Assembly: GCA_949300615.1 (NCBI GenBank)
Contig: CASGEW010000002.1
Location: forward strand, 4,562-68,561
Direction: 5' to 3'
DNA length: 64,000 nucleotides
From: an uncultured Bacteroidales bacterium
GTDB taxonomy: Bacteria; Bacteroidota; Bacteroidia; Bacteroidales; CHK158-818
Position numbers and translations under genes: made by a program. Positions 37,270 through 49,874 of the stretch are shown here, piece by piece. Below the pieces are notes generated by a model that worked only from the letters and a program-made list of their open reading frames with translations, made no database searches and had not been told where the DNA came from. The stretch's first letter is position 1. Every line of letters starts with the position of its first letter.

Positions 37270-39102
37270 TTACTCGATGATTCTTACGGCGCCTTTATCG
37301 GCTGAGCTGACCATGTTGGCATAGGCCTTCAAGGCTTTTGAGACGTAACGGTCGCGCCCTTGCGGGGTAAAGGCCTCTTTCCCGCGAGCCTCTTCGGCGG
37401 TACGGCGCTGCGCCAGCTCCTCGTCGCTCAGGCGGACACGGATGGTACGAGCCGGGATGTCGATCTCAATGATGTCGCCCTCCTGTACCAAACCGATGTT
37501 GCCACCGGCTGCGGCTTCGGGGGATATGTGCCCGATGGACAAACCCGAGGTTCCGCCCGAAAAGCGCCCGTCCGTAATAAGCGCGCACTCTTTCCCCAAA
37601 TGTTTTGACTTGATATACGAAGTGGGATAAAGCATCTCCTGCATACCGGGACCTCCTTTGGGCCCTTCGTGGGTGATAACAACCACATCGCCGCTCACCA
37701 CTTTCCCGCCCAGAATCCCTTCGCAGGCTGCTTCCTGTGAGGTAAAGACTTTGGCCGGTCCGGCAAATTTCCAGATACTTTCATCTACACCGGCCGTTTT
37801 TACCACGCAACCGTCCTGGGCGATGTTACCTTTCAGAACGGCCAATCCGCCATCTTTGGAATAAGCGTGATGGAGATCGCGGATACATCCTCCGGCCCGG
37901 TCGGTATCCAGCTCTTGATAATAGGCGTTTTGAGAACCCAATTCCAGATTGAACTTCCCGCCGGCGGCACTTTTGTATTTTTGTATCGCTTCCGGGCAGA
38001 CATTCGGGCTGGTTATGCTGTACCGGTCAATCGCCTCGGCCAGTGTCATGCCGTCCACCCGATGGACGGTGGTATCGACCAACCCGCCTTTGTTCAACTC
38101 GTCGAGGATAGCGATAATCCCACCGGCACGGTTCACCTCCTGTACGTGGTATTTGTTGGTGTTGGGAGCAACCTTGCACAAACACGGCACACGCCGCGAC
38201 AACATATCGATGTCGTCCATCCGGAAATCGACACCTGCTTCCTGTGCTATGGCCAACAAATGTAACACGGTATTGGTAGAACCGCCCATGGCAATGTCCA
38301 ACGTCATGGAGTTGAGGAAGGCCGCCCGGGTGGCAATACTGCGGGGAAGAACGCTGTCGTCTCCCTCTTCGTAATATTTATAGGTATTCTTTACAATCAG
38401 CGCAGCTGCGTCTTTGAAGAGTTGCCGGCGGTTTTCATGGGTGGCCACAATCGTCCCGTTTCCGGGCAATGCCAATCCCAGAGCCTCGTTCAGACAGTTC
38501 ATCGAATTTGCGGTAAACATCCCGGAACAACACCCACAGGTAGGACAGGCTGCATTCTCGATATGGGCGATCTGCTCGTCCGGTATCGTTGTATCGGCCG
38601 AATCAATCATCGTATCAATCAAATCGAGCGAACGTCCGTTGTAGTTACCCGCTTCCATCGGACCTCCGGAAACGAATACGGCGGGAATGTTCAACCGCAT
38701 GGCGGCCATCAACATACCCGGAGTTATCTTGTCGCAGTTACTGATGCACACCATCGCGTCGGCTTTGTGGGCATTGACCATATACTCTACGCTATCGGCT
38801 ATCAAATCGCGCGAAGGCAAGGAATAGAGCATCCCATCGTGTCCCATGGCGATACCATCGTCTATGGCAATGGTGTTGAACTCGGCGGCAAAGCAACCCA
38901 GTTTTTCTATTTCGGCTTTTACCTGCTGACCAATCTGGTGCAGATGCACATGGCCCGGTACAAATTGCGTAAACGAATTGACAACGGCTATAATAGGTTT
39001 CCCCAACTGATTTTCTTTCATGCCGTTTGCACGCCACAAAGCACGAGCTCCGGCCATCCGGCGTCCTTGCGTACTGAACGAACTGCGTAATTGATTTTTC
39101 AT
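37270..39102 (-). CDS. ilvD: Dihydroxy-acid dehydratase
   Basis: 610 aa ([47 protein letters not shown]). Confidence 0.93.
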   Translation of the reverse strand: MKNQLRSSFSTQGRRMAGARALWRANGMKENQLGKPIIAVVNSFTQFVPGHVHLHQIGQQVKAEIEKLGCFAAEFNTIAIDDGIAMGHDGMLYSLPSRDLIADSVEYMVNAHKADAMVCISNCDKITPGMLMAAMRLNIPAVFVSGGPMEAGNYNGRSLDLIDTMIDSADTTIPDEQIAHIENAACPTCGCCSGMFTANSMNCLNEALGLALPGNGTIVATHENRRQLFKDAAALIVKNTYKYYEEGDDSVLPRSIATRAAFLNSMTLDIAMGGSTNTVLHLLAIAQEAGVDFRMDDIDMLSRRVPCLCKVAPNTNKYHVQEVNRAGGIIAILDELNKGGLVDTTVHRVDGMTLAEAIDRYSITSPNVCPEAIQKYKSAAGGKFNLELGSQNAYYQELDTDRAGGCIRDLHHAYSKDGGLAVLKGNIAQDGCVVKTAGVDESIWKFAGPAKVFTSQEAACEGILGGKVVSGDVVVITHEGPKGGPGMQEMLYPTSYIKSKHLGKECALITDGRFSGGTSGLSIGHISPEAAAGGNIGLVQEGDIIEIDIPARTIRVRLSDEELAQRRTAEEARGKEAFTPQGRDRYVSKALKAYANMVSSADKGAVRIIE

Positions 39103-39130
39103 ATCGCACTATAAATTAATCTCTACTTAT

Positions 39131-39176
39131 TTAAAAGCGAAAAGACCTTCTCACTAACATCGGGAGAAAGGTCTTT
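39131..39176 (-). terminator. Attenuator terminator in the ilv leader
   Basis: Minus-strand AAAGACCUUUCUC / GAGAAGGUCUUU stem (12 bp with one bulge) followed by UCGCUUUUAA. Lies between the leader ORF and ilvD. Confidence 0.6.
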
Positions 39177-39201
39177 ACCACTATATAATCCTTTATTTAT
39201 C

Positions 39202-39300
39202 TCATAAAGCAGCTACATACCTTTCTCCCTCCCCGACCACGACGACGTTGAGAGCTAACATAACAGAAAGGCTATTTAGATGTAGTTGAGCGCTAATCAT
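39202..39300 (-). CDS. Putative ilv leader peptide (32 aa, MISAQLHLNSLSVMLALNVVVVGEGERYVAAL)
   Basis: Hand-translated small ORF, not in the track. 13 of 32 residues are Ile/Leu/Val, including four consecutive Val codons (GTC GTC GTG GTC). Lies about 100 nt upstream of ilvD. Confidence 0.55.
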   Translation of the reverse strand: MISAQLHLNSLSVMLALNVVVVGEGERYVAAL

Positions 39301-39332
39301 TAGTCAAATGCTTTATTCTGAAAAATTCGATG

Positions 39333-39340
39333 CAAATTTA
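39333..39340 (-). promoter_or_regulatory. -7 promoter motif (TAAATTTG on minus strand) upstream of the ilv leader
   Basis: CAAATTTA on the plus strand, about 33 nt upstream of the leader ATG at 39300. Confidence 0.4.
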
Positions 39341-39565
39341 AACAGTTTAGTCGTATCGACAAAATATTCTGTAAGAAAAAATATCTTTTTTTTTATGAAT
39401 CGCAAGTTTTAAACCTTGTTTTTTGTCAAACTGACGGAAACATAGCCCTCAAACGAAAGGCTTCTCTTTGCATTCTTCCTACGGAAAAACCTTATATCGT
39501 CGTCAAAAAGAGGAATCCGGACTTTTCTCCATATCCCGATTCATTTCCATAGAGTCGTTATCGAA

Positions 39566-41260
39566 TCAGTCGTTTATCAACTTGCGGTAACGTACGCGTT
39601 TGGGCTCTACATGGCCCAGGCGCTTCCGTTTATTCTCTTCATACTCGGAATAGGAGCCCTCGAAATAAAAGACCTCCGAATCGCCTTCAAACGCCAGGAT
39701 ATGGGTACAAATACGATCCAGGAACCAACGGTCGTGCGAAATAATGACGGCACATCCGGCAAAATTCTCCAACCCCTCTTCGAGAGCCCGCAGGGTGTTT
39801 ACGTCGATGTCGTTGGTAGGTTCGTCGAGCAACAGCACATTCCCCTCCTCTTTCAACGCCATGGCCAGGTGCAACCGGTTACGTTCACCTCCGGAGAGGA
39901 CGCCGCACAGTTTTTCCTGATCGGCACCGGTAAAATTGAAACGCGACAGGTAGGCTCTGGCATTCAACTCTTTCCCTCCCATCCGGATGGTCTCCTGTCC
40001 GCCGGAAATAACTTGATATACGCTCTTCTTCGGGTCGATGTCCTTGTGCGACTGATCGACATAGGCCGTCTTGACCGTTTCGCCCACCTCGAAAACGCCC
40101 TTATCGCACTGCTCCATCCCCATAATGAGTTTAAACAGGGTGGTCTTTCCGGCGCCGTTGGGCCCGATAACGCCGACAATGCCGTTGGGCGGCAACATGA
40201 AATTCAAATCGTCGAACAGCAATTTATCGCCGTAAGCCTTGGAGACGTGAATGGCCTCTATCACCTTATTGCCTAAACGGGGCCCGTTGGGGATGAATAT
40301 CTCCAACCGCTCTTCCCGCTCTTTCTGGTCTTCGTTCAACAGCTTGTCGTATGAATTCAAACGTGCTTTACCCTTGGCATGGCGGGCCGAAGGGGCCATC
40401 CGAACCCACTCCAACTCGCGTTCGAGGGTTTTACGCCGCTTGCTGGCCTGTTTCTCTTCCAACTCCAAACGTTTGGTTTTTTGCTCCAACCAGGAGGAGT
40501 AGTTTCCTTTCCAGGGAATCCCTTCGCCCCGGTCGAGTTCGAGAATCCACCCGGCAACGTGGTCGAGGAAATAGCGGTCGTGTGTAATGGCGATGACCGT
40601 ACCGGCATATTGTTGCAAATGCTGTTCCAACCAGTCGATAGACTCGGCATCCAGGTGGTTGGTGGGCTCGTCGAGCAACAGGATGTCGGGTTGCTGCAAC
40701 AGCAACCGGCAAAGAGCTACCCGACGGCGTTCTCCGCCCGAAAGGTATTTCACCAGCTGGTCTTCGGGAGGACAACGCAACGCATCCATGGCCCGCTCCA
40801 ACTTGGTATCGATGTTCCAGGCATCGGTCGCATCTATCTTATCCTGCAATTCGGCTTGACGGGCAATCAAAGCATCCATCTTGTCGGGGTCTTCCAGGAC
40901 CTCGGGATCGCCGAATTTCAAATTGACAGCTTCGTATTCGGCCAAAATATCGAGTACCCCCTGAACACCTTCCTGAACGACCTCCTTGACCGTTTTTTCA
41001 TCATCCAGATGAGGCTCCTGTTCCAAATACCCGACCGAATATCCGGGAGAGAATACCACCTCTCCCTGGTACGACTTATCCAACCCGGCAATGATTTTCA
41101 ACAACGTTGACTTACCGGAACCGTTCAACCCGATTATACCGATCTTGGCCCCGTAAAAAAAGGATAAATAGATATTCTTCAATACCTGTTTCTGGGGAGG
41201 ATAGGTCTTACTGACCCCTACCATGGAAAAAATTACTTTCTTGTCGTCTGCCATATACAA
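39566..41260 (-). CDS. ettA: ABC-F translational throttle ATPase EttA
   Basis: 564 aa. Two ABC cassettes (GLNGSGKST and GPNGAGKTT Walker A, LSGGERRR and LSGGERNR signatures). The start may be the third Met (MADDKK) at 41254. Confidence 0.9.
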   Translation of the reverse strand: MYMADDKKVIFSMVGVSKTYPPQKQVLKNIYLSFFYGAKIGIIGLNGSGKSTLLKIIAGLDKSYQGEVVFSPGYSVGYLEQEPHLDDEKTVKEVVQEGVQGVLDILAEYEAVNLKFGDPEVLEDPDKMDALIARQAELQDKIDATDAWNIDTKLERAMDALRCPPEDQLVKYLSGGERRRVALCRLLLQQPDILLLDEPTNHLDAESIDWLEQHLQQYAGTVIAITHDRYFLDHVAGWILELDRGEGIPWKGNYSSWLEQKTKRLELEEKQASKRRKTLERELEWVRMAPSARHAKGKARLNSYDKLLNEDQKEREERLEIFIPNGPRLGNKVIEAIHVSKAYGDKLLFDDLNFMLPPNGIVGVIGPNGAGKTTLFKLIMGMEQCDKGVFEVGETVKTAYVDQSHKDIDPKKSVYQVISGGQETIRMGGKELNARAYLSRFNFTGADQEKLCGVLSGGERNRLHLAMALKEEGNVLLLDEPTNDIDVNTLRALEEGLENFAGCAVIISHDRWFLDRICTHILAFEGDSEVFYFEGSYSEYEENKRKRLGHVEPKRVRYRKLIND

Positions 41261-41300
41261 TAAAATCTATGTCTTTACATCTATTATTTTGAAATGTGTA

Positions 41301-41308
41301 CAAATATA
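41301..41308 (-). promoter_or_regulatory. -7 promoter motif (TATATTTG on minus strand) upstream of ettA
   Basis: CAAATATA on the plus strand, about 41 nt upstream of the ATG at 41260. Confidence 0.4.
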
Positions 41309-41496
41309 CGTGTTTATTCTGAGAAATCACGTATAACGTGGCAAGAGGGTGAATCCCGATCGGCAACCCCGACAGATAGAAAGAAACAATCGTATTCTCC
41401 TCCTCATTTATTTTATACAAAAAAAGAGGAAACACATTTAAACATTCCCGACAAGAATTATACCTTTTTTTCGTTCGGTTTCTCGATGAAAATCCG

Positions 41497-41504
41497 TACT
41501 TTTG
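41497..41504 (+). promoter_or_regulatory. -7 promoter motif (TACTTTTG) upstream of the 100 aa ORF
   Basis: Exact TAnnTTTG match 36 nt upstream of the ATG at 41540. Confidence 0.4.
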
Positions 41505-41539
41505 CTGTACATAGAATTTATTCCTAAAAATTTTAAATT

Positions 41540-41842
41540 ATGGCAAACAAACGAGACCTGAAAAAAGAGCTGAATTTTATCACAAACGAGTTATATTCGG
41601 AATGTCTCTTTATTAAATTCTACGAAAAAGAGGTTGACGTACAACAGGCAGATGCTTTATTAGACAAAATTGCCAAAACACAAGAAGAGTTCGCCAGCCG
41701 TATCAACCATACCGACGGAAAAGAAAATCCGAAACTGGTCAAAAAATATTACGAAAAGCTGATTGCCGATTTGGACAAGACTATCGGGGAAATCATCGAC
41801 GAACTGGAACAGTTGAGAAACCCGGCCAAACAAAAAAGCTAA
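41540..41842 (+). CDS. Hypothetical small helical protein
   Basis: 100 aa, K/E-rich and probably all-helical. Has its own promoter motif and lies 7 nt upstream of the acyltransferase gene. No motif recognised. Confidence 0.5.
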   Translation: MANKRDLKKELNFITNELYSECLFIKFYEKEVDVQQADALLDKIAKTQEEFASRINHTDGKENPKLVKKYYEKLIADLDKTIGEIIDELEQLRNPAKQKS

Positions 41843-41848
41843 TCTGGA

Positions 41849-42403
41849 GTGGGGAAAATAAAAGAAACGCTCAGCCGGTTTATCCTGCATATCTCCGGAT
41901 GGAAAGTGATATGCACCATCCCCGACTTAAACAAATGTGTCATCTGCGTAGCCCCGCACACCAGTAATTGGGATTTTATATTGGGTAAACTGGCCTATCT
42001 CTCTATCGGGAGATTTGCCGGATTCTTGATAAAAAAAGATTGGTTTTTCTTCCCCTTCAACCGGATATTCAGCTCCATGGGAGGAATACCCGTTGACCGA
42101 AGCCGAAAAACCGACCTGGTAGAACAAATTGCCCAACAATACAAAACCCACGAACGATTCAGCGTTGCCATCACGCCCGAAGCTACCCGGAAAAGAAATC
42201 CGAACTGGAAAATGGGCTTCTACTATATCTCCTTGAAAGCCGAAGTCCCCATCGTATTGGCATATCTGGACTATGGGAAAAAAGAGATCGGGCTCACCCG
42301 GATTTTTTACCCTACCGGCAACGAAGAGGCCGACTTGAAAGAGATCAAGGCGTTCTACCGGGACAAACGAGGCCGGTTCCCGGAACTTTTCGCCATAGAA
42401 TAA
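41849..42403 (+). CDS. Lysophospholipid/1-acyl-sn-glycerol-3-phosphate acyltransferase family protein
   Basis: 184 aa. HxxxxD acyltransferase motif (PHTSNWD) and a downstream ITPEATR block. Confidence 0.72.
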   Translation: MGKIKETLSRFILHISGWKVICTIPDLNKCVICVAPHTSNWDFILGKLAYLSIGRFAGFLIKKDWFFFPFNRIFSSMGGIPVDRSRKTDLVEQIAQQYKTHERFSVAITPEATRKRNPNWKMGFYYISLKAEVPIVLAYLDYGKKEIGLTRIFYPTGNEEADLKEIKAFYRDKRGRFPELFAIE

Positions 42404-42490
42404 GTAATAAAGATAAAGAAATGAGACAAAGCGGAAAATGAAAAACATACATTTTTCCGCTTTGTTGTTATACTCTTAAACTGTATATTT

Positions 42491-43279
42491 ATGAACGATT
42501 TACGCGTCTCTGCCCTGCAATTCAACATGGCATGGGAAAACAAGGAGAAGAACCTGGAATACGCTGAAAAATTACTGGGAAGCCTGCAAGGAAAAACTGA
42601 TATTGCCGTCTTACCCGAAATGTTCACTACCGGATTCAGCATGAACAGCCGACAGCTGGCAGAACCCATGTCGGGCGAAACGATGCAGTGCCTTCACCGG
42701 TGGGCTACCGCTTTCAATATGGCTGTTGCAGGCAGCTTTATCGCCGAAGAAAGCGGCAACTTCTACAACCGGGGATTTTTCATCACACCCGAAAACGAGG
42801 CATTTTTTTACGATAAACGCCACTTGTACAGAATCGGAGAAGAGGGAAACAGCTTTTTACCGGGCAACAAACCGCTCATCGTCCCCTATCGCGGATGGAA
42901 CATCCGGCTGCTGATCTGTTACGACCTGCGCTTCCCCGTATGGGCACGAAATGTGGGTAACGGCTACGACCTGCTGATATACACCGCCAACTGGCCGGCA
43001 TCGAGGGCTCACGTCTGGAAAACACTGTTGGCTGCCCGTGCCATCGAAAATATGGCTTATGTGTGCGGAGCCAACCGCATAGGAGGTGTCCGCAAAGATA
43101 ATATCTTCGAATACGCCGGTCATTCTCAAATTTTGGATGCCAAAGGGAAGATACTGGCAGCGACCCAGGAATTTAAAGAGGATATATGTACTGCCACCCT
43201 CTGTTTAGACGAACTGCAACGATTCCGTGAAAAATTTCCGGCATGGAGGGATGCCGATACGTTTTCCATTTCTGATTAA
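42491..43279 (+). CDS. Carbon-nitrogen hydrolase family amidase (YafV/omega-amidase-like)
   Basis: 262 aa. Nitrilase-superfamily Glu (LPEMFTTGF) and Cys (LLICYDLRFP) motifs. N-terminus resembles YafV. Confidence 0.78.
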   Translation: MNDLRVSALQFNMAWENKEKNLEYAEKLLGSLQGKTDIAVLPEMFTTGFSMNSRQLAEPMSGETMQCLHRWATAFNMAVAGSFIAEESGNFYNRGFFITPENEAFFYDKRHLYRIGEEGNSFLPGNKPLIVPYRGWNIRLLICYDLRFPVWARNVGNGYDLLIYTANWPASRAHVWKTLLAARAIENMAYVCGANRIGGVRKDNIFEYAGHSQILDAKGKILAATQEFKEDICTATLCLDELQRFREKFPAWRDADTFSISD

Positions 43280-43397
43280 TGGATAGAAGAAAGCCTATAC
43301 ATGCTACAAAACTTTTCTGCAAAGCGATGCAGCATTTGAAAAGATCTACCCGTCTCCTATACCAAAGAGAGGAATAATAACTTAAAACAAAAGATTT

Positions 43398-43856
43398 ATG
43401 AAATTTGTAACTTATGTATTGTCGGTGTTTTGTTTTTGCCTGACCCTGACCGCTTGTGGCGCAAAGAAAGAGGCACAAGCATCATCTAAACAACTGAGCA
43501 CTAAGCTATTGAACGGTGAATGGGATGTGATAAAGATGGGCAATGAATCCATCACGCCGGGAGAAAACACCCCGTATATGGGCTTCTCCGGAGAAGAAAA
43601 ACGGATGTTCGGCTTTACCGGATGCAACCGGATGTTCGGACAGTTCAACCCCGAAGATGTAACAAAAGGGAACATCGATTTCGGCGCCGTAGGCTGCACG
43701 CGTATGGCTTGTGCTGACGACTCTTATGAACAACCCTTTCTGACAGCTCTGAACGAAGTAAAAACCATCAAATACAACTCAAAAGGAGAAATCGAATTGG
43801 GTGACAGCACCGGGAAAACGGTCATCGTATTGAAGAAACGAACGGAAGAACTTTAA
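43398..43856 (+). CDS. META domain (HslJ-like) lipoprotein
   Basis: 152 aa. Lipobox (LTAC). GCNRMFGQF and GCTRMAC META-type motifs. Confidence 0.75.
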   Translation: MKFVTYVLSVFCFCLTLTACGAKKEAQASSKQLSTKLLNGEWDVIKMGNESITPGENTPYMGFSGEEKRMFGFTGCNRMFGQFNPEDVTKGNIDFGAVGCTRMACADDSYEQPFLTALNEVKTIKYNSKGEIELGDSTGKTVIVLKKRTEEL

Positions 43857-43897
43857 ATATTGCTTTTATTTCTTGATCTTTTTTAATTTAACGACAG

Positions 43898-43941
43898 ACG
43901 CCTGAAACCGAACCTTCGCCGTATTCAGGCGTTTGCTTTTT
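43898..43941 (+). terminator. Rho-independent terminator after the META gene
   Basis: ACGCCTGAA / TTCAGGCGT stem followed by TTGCTTTTT. Confidence 0.55.
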
Positions 43942-43943
43942 CA

Positions 43944-44420
43944 TCACCAAACCGCCACCACGGCTTGATAGATCAAGAACAGGCAAATAAGCAATTTGAC
44001 GATCAATCCCGAAAAAAAACCGATAAAAGCGCCGAATCCCGCTTTTATGGCATCGTTTGAATTTTTCCCATGCAACAGTTCGCCAATAATAGCCCCTACC
44101 AACGGGCCCAAAATAAAGCCCCACGGCGGAAAAATAAAGAGACCGAAAATCGTCCCGACAGCACATCCCCACTCGCCCCATTTTCCACCACCGTAATATT
44201 TGGTCCCAATGATGGGCGCTATATAATCCAAAACCAGGGAAATCACCACCAAAACCAATGCCACGACCAACGTGGTGGTAGAAAACTGAACCCGGTCTGA
44301 CATTTGCAAGACAAGCATCCCGACATACGTCAACGGCGGACCGGGCAACATCGGCAACACCGATCCGGCAAGCCCTACCAGCATACATAAAAATCCTACC
44401 ACCAAAATAAAAATCTCCAT
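43944..44420 (-). CDS. DUF456-like small membrane protein
   Basis: 158 aa with four hydrophobic helices and an LPMLPGPPLTY motif typical of DUF456. Function unknown. Confidence 0.55.
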   Translation of the reverse strand: MEIFILVVGFLCMLVGLAGSVLPMLPGPPLTYVGMLVLQMSDRVQFSTTTLVVALVLVVISLVLDYIAPIIGTKYYGGGKWGEWGCAVGTIFGLFIFPPWGFILGPLVGAIIGELLHGKNSNDAIKAGFGAFIGFFSGLIVKLLICLFLIYQAVVAVW

Positions 44421-44590
44421 AACAAACGTACGTCTTTAATTTTATCGTATCAAAAAGATGTGCGGTTTTCTCGCTCTCTACAAAGCTCCGAAGGCGAACG
44501 TCCCCTCATTCCGACATACGGACATATCCCGGCCCATACGCCTCCACAAAGATAACGATATTGCCGAAAAAACGGCTATCCCCCCAAATA

Positions 44591-44628
44591 AAAGAGGGGT
44601 GCCGCCCGATATAGCGACACCCCTCTTT
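44591..44628 (-). terminator. Hairpin terminator downstream of lacZ
   Basis: 11 bp perfect stem AAAGAGGGGTG / CACCCCTCTTT, starting 19 nt after the lacZ stop. Confidence 0.5.
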
Positions 44629-44646
44629 GACAATCGGCCAGACGGG

Positions 44647-47934
<3,288 letters not shown>

Positions 47935-47994
47935 TCAGGTTCCTAACGAGGCAACTTTTGTTCTCTCACCCATCTTAAAGGATATTTTCTGCTT

Positions 47995-48002
47995 CAAAAA
48001 TA
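47995..48002 (-). promoter_or_regulatory. -7 promoter motif (TATTTTTG on minus strand) upstream of lacZ
   Basis: CAAAAATA on the plus strand, about 115 nt upstream of the ATG at 47880. Confidence 0.35.
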
Positions 48003-48190
48003 GCCGGTTTTTTCGATATAAACAAATCTTTTTCCGTGCAGACAAATTCCATAAAACAAAGTTACACACAACAATCCGGTTACATTTCAAAAACACATAG
48101 GTACCGATGCCGTTGTATCCCAGGGAGTAAGTCTGGAATTTTTATAACGTTTTTCTTCATTCCAAGAGTGTGCTGTCGGGGTAAAAAGGT

Positions 48191-48198
48191 TATCTTTG
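48191..48198 (+). promoter_or_regulatory. -7 promoter motif (TATCTTTG) about 168 nt upstream of ogt
   Basis: Exact TAnnTTTG match. Implies a 5' leader of about 160 nt before the ATG at 48366. Confidence 0.35.
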
Positions 48199-48365
48199 TC
48201 CATCGCAATCAACGGCGAACGAAAACCTTGATAACAGGTAACGATTCGGCAAAAGGCCGAAAACTCACCTCATACATTCAACAAAATGAGGGTATAACTC
48301 TCATATCGAAAGGGTCAAGGCCCGTACCATTACAGCCTGGTTACCCAATAATAACCTAAAAAATT

Positions 48366-48923
48366 ATGGAATACTCCGGCAAACAAAACATTATTCACAT
48401 ACAACGATACCATGCAATCTGCGGCGAATTGATCCTCGGGGCCATAAACGGTCAACTCTGTCTCTGCGACTGGACAACAGAAAAGCATCACAACACCGTA
48501 AAAAAACGGCTACAAAAAGCCCTGTATGCGGGTTATGCAGAGGGAAAATCGGAAATCACCCAGGAGGCCGCCAAACAGTTAGACCAATATTTTGAAGGGA
48601 AACGAACCAAATTCGATATTCCGTTGCTCTTGGCCGGCACTGATTTCCAGAAAAAAGTATGGCATAAACTGCTGGAAATACCCTACGGGCAGACCCACAC
48701 ATACGCCGAGCTGGCCCGTCTGTCGGAGAATCCGAAGGCTATCCGGGCTGTGGCGAATGCCATCGGTTCAAATGCCCTCTCTATCTTCGTGCCCTGCCAC
48801 CGTATTATCGGGAGTAACCGTTCCCTGACCGGCTATGCAGGAGGACTCCACGCCAAAGAGTTTTTGATAAAACTGGAATCTTTTACTCTACTCAAAAGAC
48901 AAAGAGAAGAACACGCTTTCTGA
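48366..48923 (+). CDS. ogt: Methylated-DNA--protein-cysteine methyltransferase
   Basis: 185 aa. Active-site PCHRIIG and a YAELA / AVANAIGSN helix-turn-helix region. Confidence 0.88.
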   Translation: MEYSGKQNIIHIQRYHAICGELILGAINGQLCLCDWTTEKHHNTVKKRLQKALYAGYAEGKSEITQEAAKQLDQYFEGKRTKFDIPLLLAGTDFQKKVWHKLLEIPYGQTHTYAELARLSENPKAIRAVANAIGSNALSIFVPCHRIIGSNRSLTGYAGGLHAKEFLIKLESFTLLKRQREEHAF

Positions 48924-49020
48924 GAAAACTTTCCCCTATACAACAGTCTCTCACATTTCTGAACGCATTTTGAATAATTATAAATTAGCATAAAATAGCG
49001 GATTAATTCCGAAAAAACTA

Positions 49021-49028
49021 TACTTTTG
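49021..49028 (+). promoter_or_regulatory. -7 promoter motif (TACTTTTG) upstream of cysQ (sulfation operon)
   Basis: Exact TAnnTTTG match 17 nt upstream of the ATG at 49045. Confidence 0.45.
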
Positions 49029-49044
49029 CAAAAAGTTTTGCTAA

Positions 49045-49860
49045 ATGGATACGAATGCCCTATTGACAAGTGCCATAGAGGCCGCCATACTTGCCGGTCA
49101 GAAAATCATGGAAATCTACACCGATCCGGCGTCAGATTTCCAAATAGAGAAAAAAGCTGACAACTCTCCCCTGACCATCGCCGACCGATGCGCACATCAA
49201 ATTATTTCGGACTGTTTAGAAAAACTCCCCTACCCGATATTGAGCGAAGAGGGGAAGCACATACCATACCAAGAACGGAAAGGGTGGCAAACGCTCTGGA
49301 TTGTCGATCCGTTGGACGGTACCAAAGAGTTTATCAAACAGAATGGCGAATTTACGGTCAACATTGCTTTGGTAAGCGACGGTATCCCTGTCCTGGGTGT
49401 GGTCTATGTACCGGCAAGCCGCCTGCTCTATTTCGGGGATGAAAAAAACGGAGCGTATAAAATTGCCATAAACGAAGACAGATACACCTCAAAAACAGAT
49501 ATCGACCGTTGGCGGCAACAAGCGGTCCATTTGCCGATAAAAACAAATCGGCCCTATACGGCTGTCGCTTCGCGCTCCCACTTGGATAAGGAGACAGAAG
49601 CCCTGCTCGCAGACTTGAAAAGAGAACATCCCGACTTGATTACCACCTCTATCGGGAGCTCGTTAAAAATATGCCTGGTAGCCGAAGGGTCTGCCGACAT
49701 ATACCCGCGAAATGCCCCGACCATGGAATGGGATACGGCTGCCGGACACGCCCTGCTACGGGCTGCGGGGATGAATATGTACCGCTCGGGGACAAACATC
49801 CCGCTGCGTTACAACAAAGAGGATCTTCACAATCCTTTTTTCATCGTTCTCAATAATTAA
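49045..49860 (+). CDS. cysQ: 3'(2'),5'-bisphosphate nucleotidase (PAP phosphatase)
   Basis: 271 aa. IMPase-family motifs (ILSEEG, WIVDPLDGTKEF, WDTAAGHA). Confidence 0.85.
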   Translation: MDTNALLTSAIEAAILAGQKIMEIYTDPASDFQIEKKADNSPLTIADRCAHQIISDCLEKLPYPILSEEGKHIPYQERKGWQTLWIVDPLDGTKEFIKQNGEFTVNIALVSDGIPVLGVVYVPASRLLYFGDEKNGAYKIAINEDRYTSKTDIDRWRQQAVHLPIKTNRPYTAVASRSHLDKETEALLADLKREHPDLITTSIGSSLKICLVAEGSADIYPRNAPTMEWDTAAGHALLRAAGMNMYRSGTNIPLRYNKEDLHNPFFIVLNN

Positions 49861-49874
49861 TATTTATTACTCGT

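Noticed and set aside
39103-39565. T-box or metabolite riboswitch upstream of ilvD
   Set aside because: I saw no specifier-loop or T-box consensus and no recognisable riboswitch core. The region is explained better by a leader-peptide attenuator.
48036-48359. 107 aa ORF in the lacZ-ogt intergenic region
   Set aside because: It starts at a GTG. It encodes a basic, low-complexity sequence with no motif and spans the predicted ogt promoter motif and leader. It is most likely non-coding.
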